A stretch of DNA of 64,000 bases. Source: Squalus acanthias. Lineage: Eukaryota. The stretch spans positions 69,938,001 to 70,002,000 of the forward strand of contig CM059438.1 in NCBI GenBank assembly GCA_030390025.1. Direction: 5' to 3'. Each line of letters begins with the position of its first letter. Position 1 is the stretch's first letter. Shown here piece after piece: positions 1-11,700 of the stretch. The position numbers were made by a program, and so were the translations under genes. A model generated the notes under the pieces. The model searched no databases and was not told where the DNA came from. It saw only the letters and a list, made by a program, of their open reading frames with translations.

Positions 1-421
1 AAAGCTGAATCTGTCTTCCAAATGCAGTAAGCAACAGCTTCTGAACTTGGAAAGTGAACATCTGAGAGATGGGAGCTTTCATAGCACATTTGCAACTGTC
101 AAGTAATGAGATGATTCCATGGCCCTTCAACTCCCGCCCTGCTTACCTGACATGATCCCCAACCTGGTAAACTCTGAAGGTGAGCTGAAAATAGTTCTTA
201 ATGTTCTGTTAACAAGGCCATAATGACCTTAATTGCCTCCCCCGCCGCTGCGTGTCGGGTCTGCTCAGCGCTGACAGACCCGACATTTGGGAAAGGCATG
301 TGGCGGCGGGTTAACAGTGGGGTCCCGACCCGCTGTCAAAAAAAAAACATTTTCCCACCCGACCCCGCCACTGATCGCGCCCGCTGACCGCCCCCCCCCC
401 CTCCCCCCGGAAAATTCCCCC
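1..421 (-). mobile_element. Terminal part of a Harbinger-like non-autonomous DNA element (inverted copy of 53919-54300)
   Basis: Reverse-complement match to ~53919-54310. Ends in GAAAATTCCCC, the GGG..AATTT-type terminus shared with other MITEs here. Internal hairpin TGTCGGGTCTG..CAGACCCGACA at 254-286. Confidence 0.6.
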
Positions 422-1585
422 GCCCCGCCACTTGTTTCAGTTTTGAGAATTTGTCAAGCGTTTCTTTTTTTATTCCCCTGCCCCCAGATTCAGGCAAGAA
501 CATGGACTTCAGGCGCAGATCTTCTGCTTCAATGCTTGGGCATCAAGCATCGCATGAGTGGTGTGTACAGAGGATTTTTGGATGGGGAGGATTGCAAGCC
601 TGTGATGCAACCCACCTACCTTTCTGTCCACTAATATAATATGGATGAAAAATTGAACGGCTTCCATTCTGGAAATATTGGTCTCCTCACCTGATTATTC
701 TATTTATGCTCCACCGTGCGATGCCTGACGACCGAACACTAAAGAGGGAAGTCTGCAAATGGATCGAACTTATCAGCTTCACAAATGACCAATCCTTTCA
801 GTGCACTGAGGACCTCAATGTTTTATTTACATTACATGTTTATTTAATGAAGGTATAATTCACCTCGAATGGCCATATGAGAGCTCGAGAATAGCAGCAG
901 TGGAGACAGACATCAGTTTGACGAGCATTGCAATTGCTTCCTGTTTTGAGCTGAAAATTTAGGTCATTTGAAAATAATTTCTGTGTTAACTACTTATGAC
1001 AAGGTTATAAATCACATATGTGCAATTTGAAAATAAAAGGTCAGTGCAATTATTAGGGACTACAGAAAGAAGACACCAGGGTGAGGAGACATGTTGAATC
1101 TACGAGAGCAGCATGTCTGAATGAAGAACAGTTTTTATTCCAATCCAAGTCTGTTCTAATAGAACCGTCACACAATTGCAGGGACAAATTGCAAGTGGTG
1201 GAAATCCTTTTATATTCCTCTAATTTCTCGTATTAAACGAATGTTTGTGTGCGCACTTGGACCACCTTTTCATCAGTAACAGTTTGAATGAGGTAGATTT
1301 TTTTTTTAATGCACACATGTGGCATTCTATAGCATGCAAAGCTTCACTGAAATGCAGAGCCTGAGTAGCGTAGGATACAAGAGAATGGGTGAAATTGTGG
1401 GTCCATTGGGAAGTTATGACTGGAGCCTGATCTGAGGCAATTGGGAAATGTTTTATTGACTGTAGCATATCTTTGCAATTGGCTTGATAATTAGACAGTT
1501 GTTGGTTTACTATAATTTTCACATCAGATTGTATCAATTTATGTGGTTATCAGTTCCTCTGGTAAGTAAGCGTAGTAACATCATT

Positions 1586-2321
1586 GCCCGGATTTTTGCT
1601 CTCAACGGCGAAGGCACGGCTTTTGCTGTTCAGCTCACTGATCGTTGCCCAGAGACTGTTGGTGGGCTTGTCAGTGGAGATTTCTACTAATTGGACGGCT
1701 GATCCAGTGTGGCGCCCTCTACAGGGGATCTGTGGTGTCTGAACAGAGCAAGCAACAGCGAGGCTCTTCAAGCAATCAGATTGAAGAATTCTCACTGCAA
1801 CATGCAGAGTCTAAACCAGGAAGTAAAAAACAGGAAATATAAATTAAATTTAAAAATATGTACAGGAAGCAAAATAAAGATTGGGATATACAGATGGAAT
1901 TAAGCAAGAGAGAGCGATAAAAGAGACAAACAGAAAAACAAAAATTATTTTAACTTTAAAAAAAAATCTCCAACATTAATTTTCTTCTGAGGGTGTGAGA
2001 CTCCACACTTGTAAAGTTAATTTTTCAGAGCCAGAGTAGTTGTTCAGCAGTAATTGTCACTTATTACGCCGTTAAAAATTCACTTACTCCTGAATGCACC
2101 AGCCCTAAATTTTTCAGCCGTTTTTAGTGCGGAACTAGTGGGTAAGCACCCTAAGTTCTCATCATTACAGCGATTTCAGTGCCGAGCCTATTGGCGAGGA
2201 CTGCAACAGCGCACCCTGTGGAGGAGCAGGGTATCTCTGACAATAACTTCCGGATTTCCGTGTTTAACTGTGCATGTGCGGATGCCAGAAGTTGCTGTCA
2301 GATTTACAGCAAAATCTGGGC
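1586..2321. mobile_element. MITE-like element (Harbinger-like), related to 37875-38564
   Basis: Imperfect TIRs GCCCGGATTTTTGCT / AGCAAAATCTGGGC; internal similarity to 37875-38564 and 19378-20854. Confidence 0.55.
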
Positions 2322-3047
2322 TCATAGTGTGTTGGTGAAGATTCCCTTTGTTATTTCTTGTGAAATTCGAGACACATTTTGTCACAAATACTAAACAGAG
2401 ATCACTTCACAACTGTATTTACAACATTGCTACATTCTGTGAGGAATTCCCACACTACATTGACCAGCAAAGCACAGATATGTTTCTATATGGATTTTAC
2501 CAGTAAAAATCTTTAAAATTGCAAAACAAATAGTTCTAAAAAAATCCAAACAAGAGATCAATTGAATTAAAAATTAAACATTGTAGCTCTACTCACTTGC
2601 TCTCATCAAATTAGAACTGGTTTGCTTTGCCTTAGCTTTGTTTCATGTATTAAACATTTCTTACTGTTTCCCCAAACACAGCTTTCCATTTTGAAGTGCA
2701 ACTTTAGCTTAGAATACATTCATAATAACATTCATTCCTTCTGCAAGCAGACACCCTGGAAGTGAAGAATTCTGACTCACTGCAGTGCTCCTGCATACTG
2801 GAGTATATTATTCTCACAATGAACAAGGGCATTACAGAGTATCCGAATGTAGTTCTCCTGCACGAATTGCGTCTAGTCTTTTTCTGAACTTGTCATGAGA
2901 AGGCCAACTTGGCAAGGATTGAAAATTGCAGAGTGAACACGGAGCCATTTCTCATTAACCTTCTGGCTAATAGTTATTCAGTGGCATTAGTAGATGTTTT
3001 AGGGCATATCAACATCGGGGAAAGGGAGCAAATAAAACCCTCATAGG

Positions 3048-5001
3048 ATTACCTAGGATATACGGCACAGAAACAGGCCATTCGGCCCAACCAGTCCGTG
3101 CCGGCGTTTATTCTCCACTCGAGCCTTCTCCCGTCTTTCCTCATCTAAATCTATCAGCGTAACCCTCTATTCCCTTCTCCCTCATATGCTTGTCCAGCCT
3201 CCCCTTAAATGCATCTATACTATTTGCTTCAACCACTCCCTGTGGTAGCGAGTTCCACATTCTCACCACTCTTTGGGTAAAGAAGTTTCTTCTGAATTCC
3301 TAGCTATCCATTCTGCTACTTGTCCCCTGACTCCACATTCTCTGACCTTATTCATTAGTCTATTATGGGGTACCTTATCGAAGGCCTGTTGAAAATCTAG
3401 ATAAATTACATCTACTGCATTACCATTGTCTACTCTCTCTATGTTACCTCTTCAAAAAAATCAATAAGCTTGGTCAAGTAAGATTTTCCCTTTTGAAATC
3501 CATGCTGACTATTCATTATTATACTTTTCATTTCCAGATGTTCTTCTATTCTCTCCTTTAGTAGGGATTCCATTATTTTTCCTACCACTGATGTTAAGCT
3601 GACTGGTCTATAATTCCCTGGACATGTTCTATCCCCCTTCTTAATATAGGTATTACGTTAGCTATCCGCCAGTCCTCTGGCACTAAACCTTTTTCGAATG
3701 AATCATTAAATATGCGTAGTAATGCCTCTGCTATCTCTTCCCTAGATTCTTTTAAAATGCGTAGATGCAATCCATCCGGACCAGGGGTTTTATCCTCTTT
3801 GAGTTTGATTAGTTTATTTAATATATCCCTTTTTTTATTTTAAATGCACTTATCTCATTACTCATCTAATCATCCAATGTCATTTTCGCCTGTTCTATCT
3901 CCCTGCTAAATACCAAAGCAAATAATGATTTACAATTTCAGCCATCTCCCTGTTGTTACCTGTGGTATTGTCCTGTCTATCCCTTAATGGCCCTATTCCC
4001 ATCCCAACCTTCTTTTTTTTACTGATGTGCCTGTAAAATATTTTACTATTTTGTTTTATGTTCCTTGATAATTTAACTTCATAGTTCCTCTTTGCCTTCC
4101 TAACGTTTTTTGACTTCTCTCCAAATCCCTTCGTATTCTCTCTTATCATGCACTCCCCTGCTGTCTGTGTACTTAATGTATGCCTCTTTTCTTACCCTCA
4201 ATTGTTCCCTTATGTCTTTATTCATCCATGGAGTCTTATAAGTGTTTCGTTTGTTCTTTCCTTTTAGCGGAAAATATTTTTCCTGCAGTCTGTTGAATAC
4301 CGTTTTAAATGTTTCCCATTGTCGTTCTACATCATTGTTTGCCAATATTATTGCCCATTTTATCTTCCCAAGTTCTATCTCAGCCCCTCAAAATCAGCTT
4401 TTCTCCAATCTATTAACCTGTTTTTTGTCATACTTATGTCTTTCTCTATTATCATCTTAAAGTGTATTATATTATGGTCACTATTGCCTATATGTTCCCC
4501 TACTTTTACTTCTCTTATCTGCTGCAGCTCATTCCCCATAACTAGAGCCAATAGCAAATCCTCCCTTGTTGGCTGGCCTGCTGAGTTTTTCCAGCATTTT
4601 CTGTTGTAGTTGCAAATCCTCCCTTGTTGGGCTTTTTACATATTGGGTTAGAATGGAGTCCTGTAGGCTTTGTAGGAACTCCATTCCCTTATCCCCTTTA
4701 CCTACCTCTTCCGTCCAATTAATATCAGGGTAGTTGAAATCCCCCATTATTATTATTTTATGTTTTATACTCATTTCTCTAATTTTTCTGCATATTTCTT
4801 CCTCCACCTCCCTTCCACTATTAGGTGGTCTGTAAACTACGCCTATTAGTGTGATTGATCCTTTATTATCTTTTATCTCTATCCATATGGATTCTATTTT
4901 TGTCTTGCTGATATCTACGTCCCTTTTTTCTACTGCGATTATGTTACCCCTAATAGGTACAGCTACTCCACCTCCGCTTTTTCTCTCTCTATCTTTCTTT
5001 C
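3048..5001 (-). mobile_element. Degenerate CR1 LINE (ORF2 EN/RT fragments, internal deletion near 3300, 3' tail at ~3050)
   Basis: ORF fragments IIMGDFNYPDINW, IGNSDHNII, TPWMNKDIR (APE endonuclease and linker); CR1-type 3' end GGGCCGAATGGCCTGTTTCTGTG on the minus strand. Confidence 0.9.
4573..4611 (+). mobile_element. 39-bp PLE-repeat micro-insertion inside CR1, with 19-bp TSD
   Basis: GCAAATCCTCCCTTGTTGG at 4554-4572 and 4612-4630. Insert CTGGCCTGCTGAGTTTTTCCAGCATTTTCTGTTG matches the hammerhead-bearing repeat at 34604/45438 (reverse complement) and 19047-19086. Confidence 0.8.
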
Positions 5002-5809
5002 CTGGTGAAGGATGCCATTCAAGTGGGGGGAGTGAAATGGAATGTAGTTGTGGTAGGGATCAGTATAGTCAGGGGGATAGATACTGTTCTCTGCAGCCGT
5101 GATTGAGAGTTCCGAAGGTTGTGTTGCCTCCCAGGGTTAAAGACATCTCCTCACAACTGGAGGAGAACTTGGAGTGGGATAGGGAGGATCCAGTTGTCTT
5201 TGTCCACGTAGGAACAAATGACATTGGTAGAAATAGGAATGAGGTTCTGTTGAGGGAATTTGAGGAGCTAGGATCCAAATTAAAAAGCAGAACCTCAAAA
5301 GTAATCATCTCTGGATTGTAACCTGAGCCACATGCAAATTGGCATAGAGAGAAACAGATTAGAGGTTTAAATGCGTGGCTCAAAGAGTGGAGTGGGAGGA
5401 AGGGGCACCAGTACTGGGGAAAGAGGGAGCTGTTCCGTTGGGACGGGCTACACTTAAACCGGGTAGGGACCAGTGTCCTGGCGAACCGAATAACTAGGGC
5501 AGCTAATGAAGGGGGGTGAAAGGATTCAGGAAAGAGTAAATTTAAAAACAGCGAAGGAAATGTCAAAGCTCTAGAGCAGAGTTGAGTTTTGGGTAAAAAT
5601 AAGCAGAGTGGGTCAGGAAGGGACAGAGAGAGTAACAAAGGTAATAAGGCATTAGTGACTAAGGTGATATCAGGGAAAAATAGAAATAAGTCAAAGCTGA
5701 AGGCACTCTATCTGAATGCGCAAAGCATTCGCAACAAAATAGATGAATTAATAGCGCAGATAGAAATGAATAGGTTTGATCTAATAGCCATTACGGAGAC
5801 GTGGTTGCA
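5002..5809 (+). mobile_element. CR1 fragment: ORF1 esterase C-terminal half plus ORF2 start
   Basis: VHVGTNDIG, KVIISGL, LYLNAQSIRNK..AITETWLQ; highly similar to 22980-23833. Confidence 0.9.
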
Positions 5810-6036
5810 ATGTGTTGGTGGAGTACTAAACTCTCATAATTTCACAAGAGTGAGCCTTTTGTTGAGTCACTGAAAAGGGGTTTCTTCATAAAATGTTTGT
5901 TCACAGGCTGCCTCTAACCACCACTTTTGAAGCAGCAGGCACAGTATTAAAGGAAGTTTGAAAGACGGTTGCCTCTATTTGTCGAATTAGGATTATATGC
6001 CAATTCAGATATAAGAGAGTGTCAAATAATCACTGT

Positions 6037-6134
6037 GAGAAGTCACACAACACCAGGTTATAGTCCAACAGTTTTATTTGAAATCACAAGCTTTCGGAGC
6101 GGCTGCTCCTTCGTCAGGTGAAGTCAAAACAGTG
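6037..6134 (-). mobile_element. Short Penelope-like element 3'/pLTR fragment with 12-bp TSD
   Basis: Matches the terminal ~85 bp of the arms of 13314-14330; AATAATCACTGT at 6025-6036 and 6135-6146. Confidence 0.85.
6084..6121 (-). ncRNA. Minimal type-I hammerhead ribozyme motif
   Basis: Minus strand: UCAC-CUGACGA-A-GGAGC(AGCC)GCUCC-GAA-AGCU-U-GUGA. Conserved core, helix II, palindromic helix III, helix I UCAC/GUGA. Confidence 0.8.
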
Positions 6135-6487
6135 AATAATCACTGTTCTACTTAAATGCCTCTTATTCCTGGTACCTTTTTAATAAAGACAATCCAAAAA
6201 TATTTACTTTGTAAAACTAATTATGTAAGTGGGAAATTGCTTGAATCCTACACTTCTGTTTAACAGACTGGTAAGTGGCCATATTTTGCATATTGTATTT
6301 TGTGTGACCAGGGATCCTTGAATCAAGTGCGCAAATAATTCAAGATCAAATTGCTGCACTGTAATTCCAGTTCATCCAAGATCAATATTTTCAACCTTTT
6401 TTTAAGCAGCAGAACCACCGAGCTTTTTTTGGCCACATCATGGATTTATTTTCTCTGCCTTCCTTGTGAAGTTGACCTGTGATATAA

Positions 6488-6596
6488 AGAAAAAAAGAAA
6501 GACTTGCATTTATATAGCGCTTTCATGACCACCGGACGTCCCTATGCGCTTTACAGCCAATGAAGTACTTTTTGAAGTGTAGCCACTGTTGTAATG
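6488..6596 (-). mobile_element. DeuSINE 3' tail fragment
   Basis: Matches the tail of the SINE at 11152-11250 (GCGCTATATAAATGCAAGTCTTTC on the minus strand). Confidence 0.75.
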
Positions 6597-7195
6597 TACA
6601 CTATGACCTGGGTTAGTGGGTGAGCTACTCACCTGGTTGACCTAAGCACAGGTGGACTACAGTGTGCCATGTTTATTTTCTGGAGTATCGCTCCAGTATC
6701 CTCACTGATTCTAATATGAATGAACGTGTCAGCAACTCCGCACAAACAGTGGAGGGAAAACATGGACTTCAATAGAGCTTGATTTATTGATAGCTTTCCA
6801 TTTCCCAGAGGGGAACAAATATGCACGGTTCAGCTGATGTGTGAATATTAAGAAAGAATTTTTGCCATAAAATTTTTTTGTACCCATTTTTATAGTTTCC
6901 CTTTTAACAAATAAACCCAGCATGTGTGAGGTAAATGGGATACTTTCCATGGAAAGTGCTTGCCCATCAGTAAATGTAACAATGACTGGAAAAGCAAAAA
7001 GAATCACGTGGTATTGATTGAATGCCTACCACATGATGTGACTGGTTTTATAAATATTATACATTACTGGAACATCTCTTTCCTGGAACGCACTCAAGTG
7101 CCTTTAGTTTTCTCTTCATCCATGCACAAGGACCATTAGGATGGTGCTTCCGAAGGAAAGCAATCTTTCTGATCATTTTTAATAGATTTTATATA

Positions 7196-7292
7196 AAGGT
7201 TGAGCGTCCAAAATCCGGAGTTCCGGACTCCGGGACGATTGGTGGCAGGGTCGTCCGGAATCCGGAACTCCGGATTTTGGACCCTCAACCTG
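7196..7292. mobile_element. 97-bp Tigger/pogo-type MITE
   Basis: TA-flanked; TIRs AGGTTGAGCGTCCAAAATCCGGAGTTCCGGA / TCCGGAACTCCGGATTTTGGACCCTCAACCTG. Confidence 0.75.
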
Positions 7293-7419
7293 TACTTCAA
7301 AAAGCCATTAACTTTTGTTGTCTTTTTTTGAAAAATCCTATGAAAAATGCGAGTGATGCAATAAAACTTTAGTGTTGCGTTTTATCCTCCTTAATCTGCA
7401 CAGCTCCACTAAGTGTTTC

Positions 7420-7703
7420 CGCCAGGCTGCGGCCACGGCACCACGCTGCCCTGGTGGCCTAGTGTGGGCCATCGGATGCTCTGCAGAGCTCGCAGCGTCC
7501 CTCCCCTTTAACAGAAGGGGCGGAGAAACGCGTCAGCGCTACGTGGAACGGCCCAGGCATTTCCGGACTCGGAACGTGTTTCTGATGTCCGAAGTCCGGA
7601 AACGCCCGAGCCCGGACTTTGGACACCAGAAACACCTTCCGAAGTCCGGGAAAACCGGCTTGGCCTCGGTCCCGAGGTTACCGGATTCAGGACGCTCAAC
7701 CTG
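7420..7703. mobile_element. Partial related Tigger-type MITE (right end only)
   Basis: Ends GGACGCTCAACCTG|TA like the element at 7196-7292; TCCGGA-rich subterminal repeats; left end not seen. Confidence 0.55.
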
Positions 7704-8451
7704 TATTTTAAAATATATTAAGAAAGTCCCTGCTTTTACTTAAACACCAGCTGTATAAAGACATGATCTGCCACAGATGGAAATAGCCATTAATTCTTGC
7801 TTCCATTTGCTGAGGACAGCTCATTTCTAACGTGTTAAAAACAGCTGGTGGTGTTAAGAGGGTATTTCACAAACTCGTTTTCCATCAGATATGGATAAAG
7901 TTCTGTGAATTAATATGAAATTGAGAAGAAATCATTGTGCACATTGCAATTCTAGATTTTAGCCATGGTTTGGACCTTGCTGGGCTGGAAATTGGGGTTC
8001 GTAGCAGGAAGAGGGCAACAGGAGCTTCTCCCAACAGGCCCAGAAAAATGACCAGGCACCTTGGGTTGCTTTCATGGATCTCTTAGTGATTAGGTCAACC
8101 GAGACACTGGCTGATGCCTAGGAGCATCCCAGAACATAGTGCATAGCACACAGCAACTTCAGGAGGATAGGAGAGAAAAAATAAAATTCTTCATGTGCTC
8201 AAAAAGCTTTAAGATTCTGCTGCTCAAAAAAGGTTGTAAATAGTGATCTTAAATGAGCCTTCGACTGGAATGATGGTGCAGCAGTTGGACCTCAATTGAG
8301 ACTTGTCTTCAGCAGTTGATGCTATCTGCAATGAATTACACCCATGCAAAAAAAGTTTAATTCTAGTGCGATTTAATCTGACCAGAAATGATCTTAAGTG
8401 GGGTCTAATGTTCCAGTCGGTCTCCAGATCAAGACAAGCTCTGTCGTATTA

Positions 8452-8760
8452 CAGGAAACTCTTGTTTAACCGGCACCTAAATATCCGGAATTCTCTCTTA
8501 ACCGGCAAAAATCATACTCCGAAAACTCCTCTCAAATAACCGGCAATGTTGCCGAGTCCGAGTCTCCCGCGAACGCCGAGTTAGTCAGTGGGGGTAGTTC
8601 TCCAAAGTGCCACTACTCGGCCTCCTGGCGCTGTCGGAAGTCCGAACACTGCAGTAACATTAAAAATAGCCTCGGTAGATATAACTCTCCGTTATCCGGA
8701 ACTTTTGATCAACCGGCACCACGCCGGTCCTGTCGGTGCCGGATACCAAAGAGTTTCCTG
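8452..8760. mobile_element. Tigger/pogo-type MITE
   Basis: TA|CAGGAAACTCTT..CCGGCAC / GTGCCGG..AAGAGTTTCCTG|TA terminal inverted repeats with TA TSD. Confidence 0.8.
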
Positions 8761-9239
8761 TATCTGCTATTTTATCTGACCTTCGGCTTTAGAGATTTGG
8801 TTTTGAATTCAGCCCAAGGTTAGTGGATAAAGATCTGCTTTCAATAATGGCTGTTGCAGGATTGAATAGGTTCAGGTAGTATCTCCTGGTTGCAGAAATC
8901 TTGTTTGAAAAGTCTTCACTTTGAGACATTGTTGCTCAAAAGCGTAGAGCATAAAAATGAAAAGTAACACAATTGATAGTTTTGTTGTGCCCTAGTTCAT
9001 TGTTGCGACTGTATAGGAGAGTTAGTAACCTTTTCCATATATCGGGCCAACATTCGCGATCGGAGGCTCTGACCTACAAAATGTCTGCGAAAGTACCTGG
9101 TGGCCCGGGTGGAATGGCGGCTTGCCATCCTGGGCCTCTCCAGGTCTGCACGGGCATAGCCCCACGTATCCCAGGGGCGCAAGCGGTTCGTAGGTGCTCC
9201 TGGGATCACGTGGGCTGGCCCAACCAACAAAAGAAGGGA

Positions 9240-9301
9240 ATCCCCATTCATACATTTGACAGTTCTGTACGTACGGAACTGTCATAAGTATGAATGGGGA
9301 T
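9240..9301. repeat. 62-bp near-perfect palindrome within a GC-rich repeat (~9043-9545)
   Basis: 28 of 31 Watson-Crick pairs (plus one G-T) around a central TACGTA, no spacer. Confidence 0.85.
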
Positions 9302-11011
9302 CACTTAAAAAATACACCAACATATGAAAATACATTTTGAAAAAACATTATGTATTTAAAATTAATTAAAATGCCATTTAATTAAATATTTTAAACAAAA
9401 ATTTATTTTTTTGGAAAAAAGAATTAAATGTTTTTTGGGGCTAAAAATAAACTTACCCTTTTGAAGAATATTTAAAATTTATAAATGAGTGATAAAATGT
9501 TATTTTTCTATTTTTTACAACTCTTATGCTGGTAAAAGCAGGCCCATAGTTTATAAAAGACTCTTAGTACTCTCAGTGGACACAAGTTAGGCATATTGAA
9601 CCCATTGCACTATCATCTATCAAACCCGTGTTAGCCTTTCCAAGTCATAAGAAACTGAAAGCACAAAAGCAAACACCGACTGGGGGCACACTGGAAAAAG
9701 GACCGTGATAGTTCAACCATGTTTAATAAGCAAAATCCAGTTTTACACTTAAATTTTGACTTCAGAATTGCACTCAGTTTAAAAGAGTGGCATGATTTGA
9801 CCTATTAAAAAGGTGTTTTAAAAAAAAAATTGCGTAAATAATCTCTTCCAGAGTCCCTTTATGTTTGTGGATTTGTAACTAGGTGTACAAGCTATTACGT
9901 TTTCATTTTTTATTGGCTGTTTTTTCACATTTTAGTGGATTTTTCCTCATGGCCTTGGCTGATACTTCTATCATTGCTGCTTCATGTGAACCTAAGGATC
10001 TTCCCAAATCTCAAACACTCATTACTAGATTGCACAGTGCCCTTACTTCTGGACTTGATGAGGATGGACTCTAATCAAATTGATGCTGTCTATTTTAGCG
10101 GCACTTGGTTCTGAATTGTGCTGTATTTCTACCTTGCAATTCTTCAGAGTTGTGATAGCCTCTGTATTGTGTATTCTCTGTGATTTTTGGTTGTTTCATT
10201 GGTTGAAGCTGATGAGCAAATGGAAAGAACACGCGCTCAATTCAAACAATGCCACTTCACTCCGTGCAGTCTCTGGGTCAGCTGGTGGATGCAAAACTCA
10301 TCTCACTCATAGTTAATTAGTATTTATCGTAGGGACTGGGAAAATACAATTATTAACAGTTGACTTGCGCCATATCTGAAGCAGCCTGCTCCTTCATTGC
10401 TGATTCTGATGAATAAACAGGGGTTCTCCACAGGTTGTTCATCCCTCCTCTCCTGAAGACACTGATTCCTTGCTTGGGTATGGTTCAGTCATCATCTGGT
10501 ACGTCACCCATGTGGTCATGGTTGATATACAAGTCTAGACGTTTCAGCAATGTATTCAACCACAGAGGCTCATCAGCTGAGCCCAATGCTTTACTCACCC
10601 AGCCTCCATACACACAAGCTTCCAACTTGAATATGTAGACATTGACCAGGAGCACAAGACCTGTCTATTCCCCACCCCCACCCTCTCGCCCAAGGGTTCG
10701 GAGGTCAATTATTGTGCACCCACAACCACCCCAGCTGAGATCAGCTAACTCGGCACAGACCAAGGATCAAACCTGAGATCTTCCTGCTTTTGTACATCCC
10801 ATCTGCTCACTTAATAAGGTGAGCCACTGAGTGAGTCTTATGTTGCAGATTTGTCACAGGACAATGCATGGGTTAATAAAAAGCAGATCACTACTAATTG
10901 CAATCAATTTTATTGAAGCTTTGTTTTAGGTATCTAGATTGGAAAGGGTTTATTGCAAAATAATGTAATTAGCATCTAAATATTTCCACTCTTGGTATAT
11001 GTAGAATGACA

Positions 11012-11700
11012 ACAACTTGAATTTCTATAGCACCTTTAACTTAGTAAAACCTCCCAAGGTGCTTCACAGGAGCATTATCTGCTTATGTAGCTCAGTGTTT
11101 GATATTAGGACAGGTGATCAAAAACTTGGTCAAAGAGGTAGGTTTTAAAGAGAGAAAGACTTGCATTTATATAGCGCCTTTCACGACCACCGGACGTCTC
11201 AAAACGCTTTACAGCCAATGAAGTACTTTTGAAGTGTAGTTACTGTTGTAATGTGGGAAACGCGGCAGCCAGTTTGCACACAGCAAGATCCCACAAACAG
11301 CAATGTGATAATGACCAGATAATCTGTTTTTTTGTTACGTTGATTGAGGGATAAATATTGGTCAAGACACCGGCGATAACTCCCCTGCTCTTCTTCGAAA
11401 TAATGCCATGGGATCTTTTACATCCACCTGAGAGAGCAAACGGAGCCTCGGTTTAACGTCTCATCCAAAAGACAGCACCTCCGACAGTGCAGCACTCCCT
11501 CAGCACTGCACTGGAGTGTCAGCCTAGCTTTATGTGTTCAAGTCTCTGGAGTGGGACTTGAACCCACAACCTTCTGACTCAGAGGCGAGTGTGCTACCCA
11601 CTGAGCCACAGCTGACACTAAGGAGCATCTGAAAGGAGGAGAGAGAGGTAGAGAGGCAGAGCGGCTGAGGGAGCAAATTCCAGAGCATAGGGCCCAGGCA
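11012..11700 (-). mobile_element. L2-type LINE 3' fragment, interrupted by a DeuSINE
   Basis: L2-like tail (GTGCTATAGAAATTCAAGTTGTTGT on the minus strand); sequence resumes after the SINE at ~11619. Confidence 0.55.
11152..11618 (-). mobile_element. Full-length tRNA-headed DeuSINE (SacSINE1/AmnSINE-like)
   Basis: A box TGGCTCAGTGG and B box GGTTCAAGTCC; Deu-like core GATGAGACGTTAAACCGAGG..AAAGATCCCATGGCA..GAAGAGCAGGGGAG; L2-like 3' tail. Confidence 0.85.

Noticed and set aside
5069..5638. Antisense ORFs over CR1 ORF1/ORF2 (also 22997, 41807, 58717, 60650)
   Set aside because: Shadow ORFs opposite LINE coding sequence, with no independent evidence.
11540..11618. tRNA gene
   Set aside because: The A/B boxes belong to a SINE head that continues into the Deu domain and LINE-like tail; no convincing cloverleaf or terminator.
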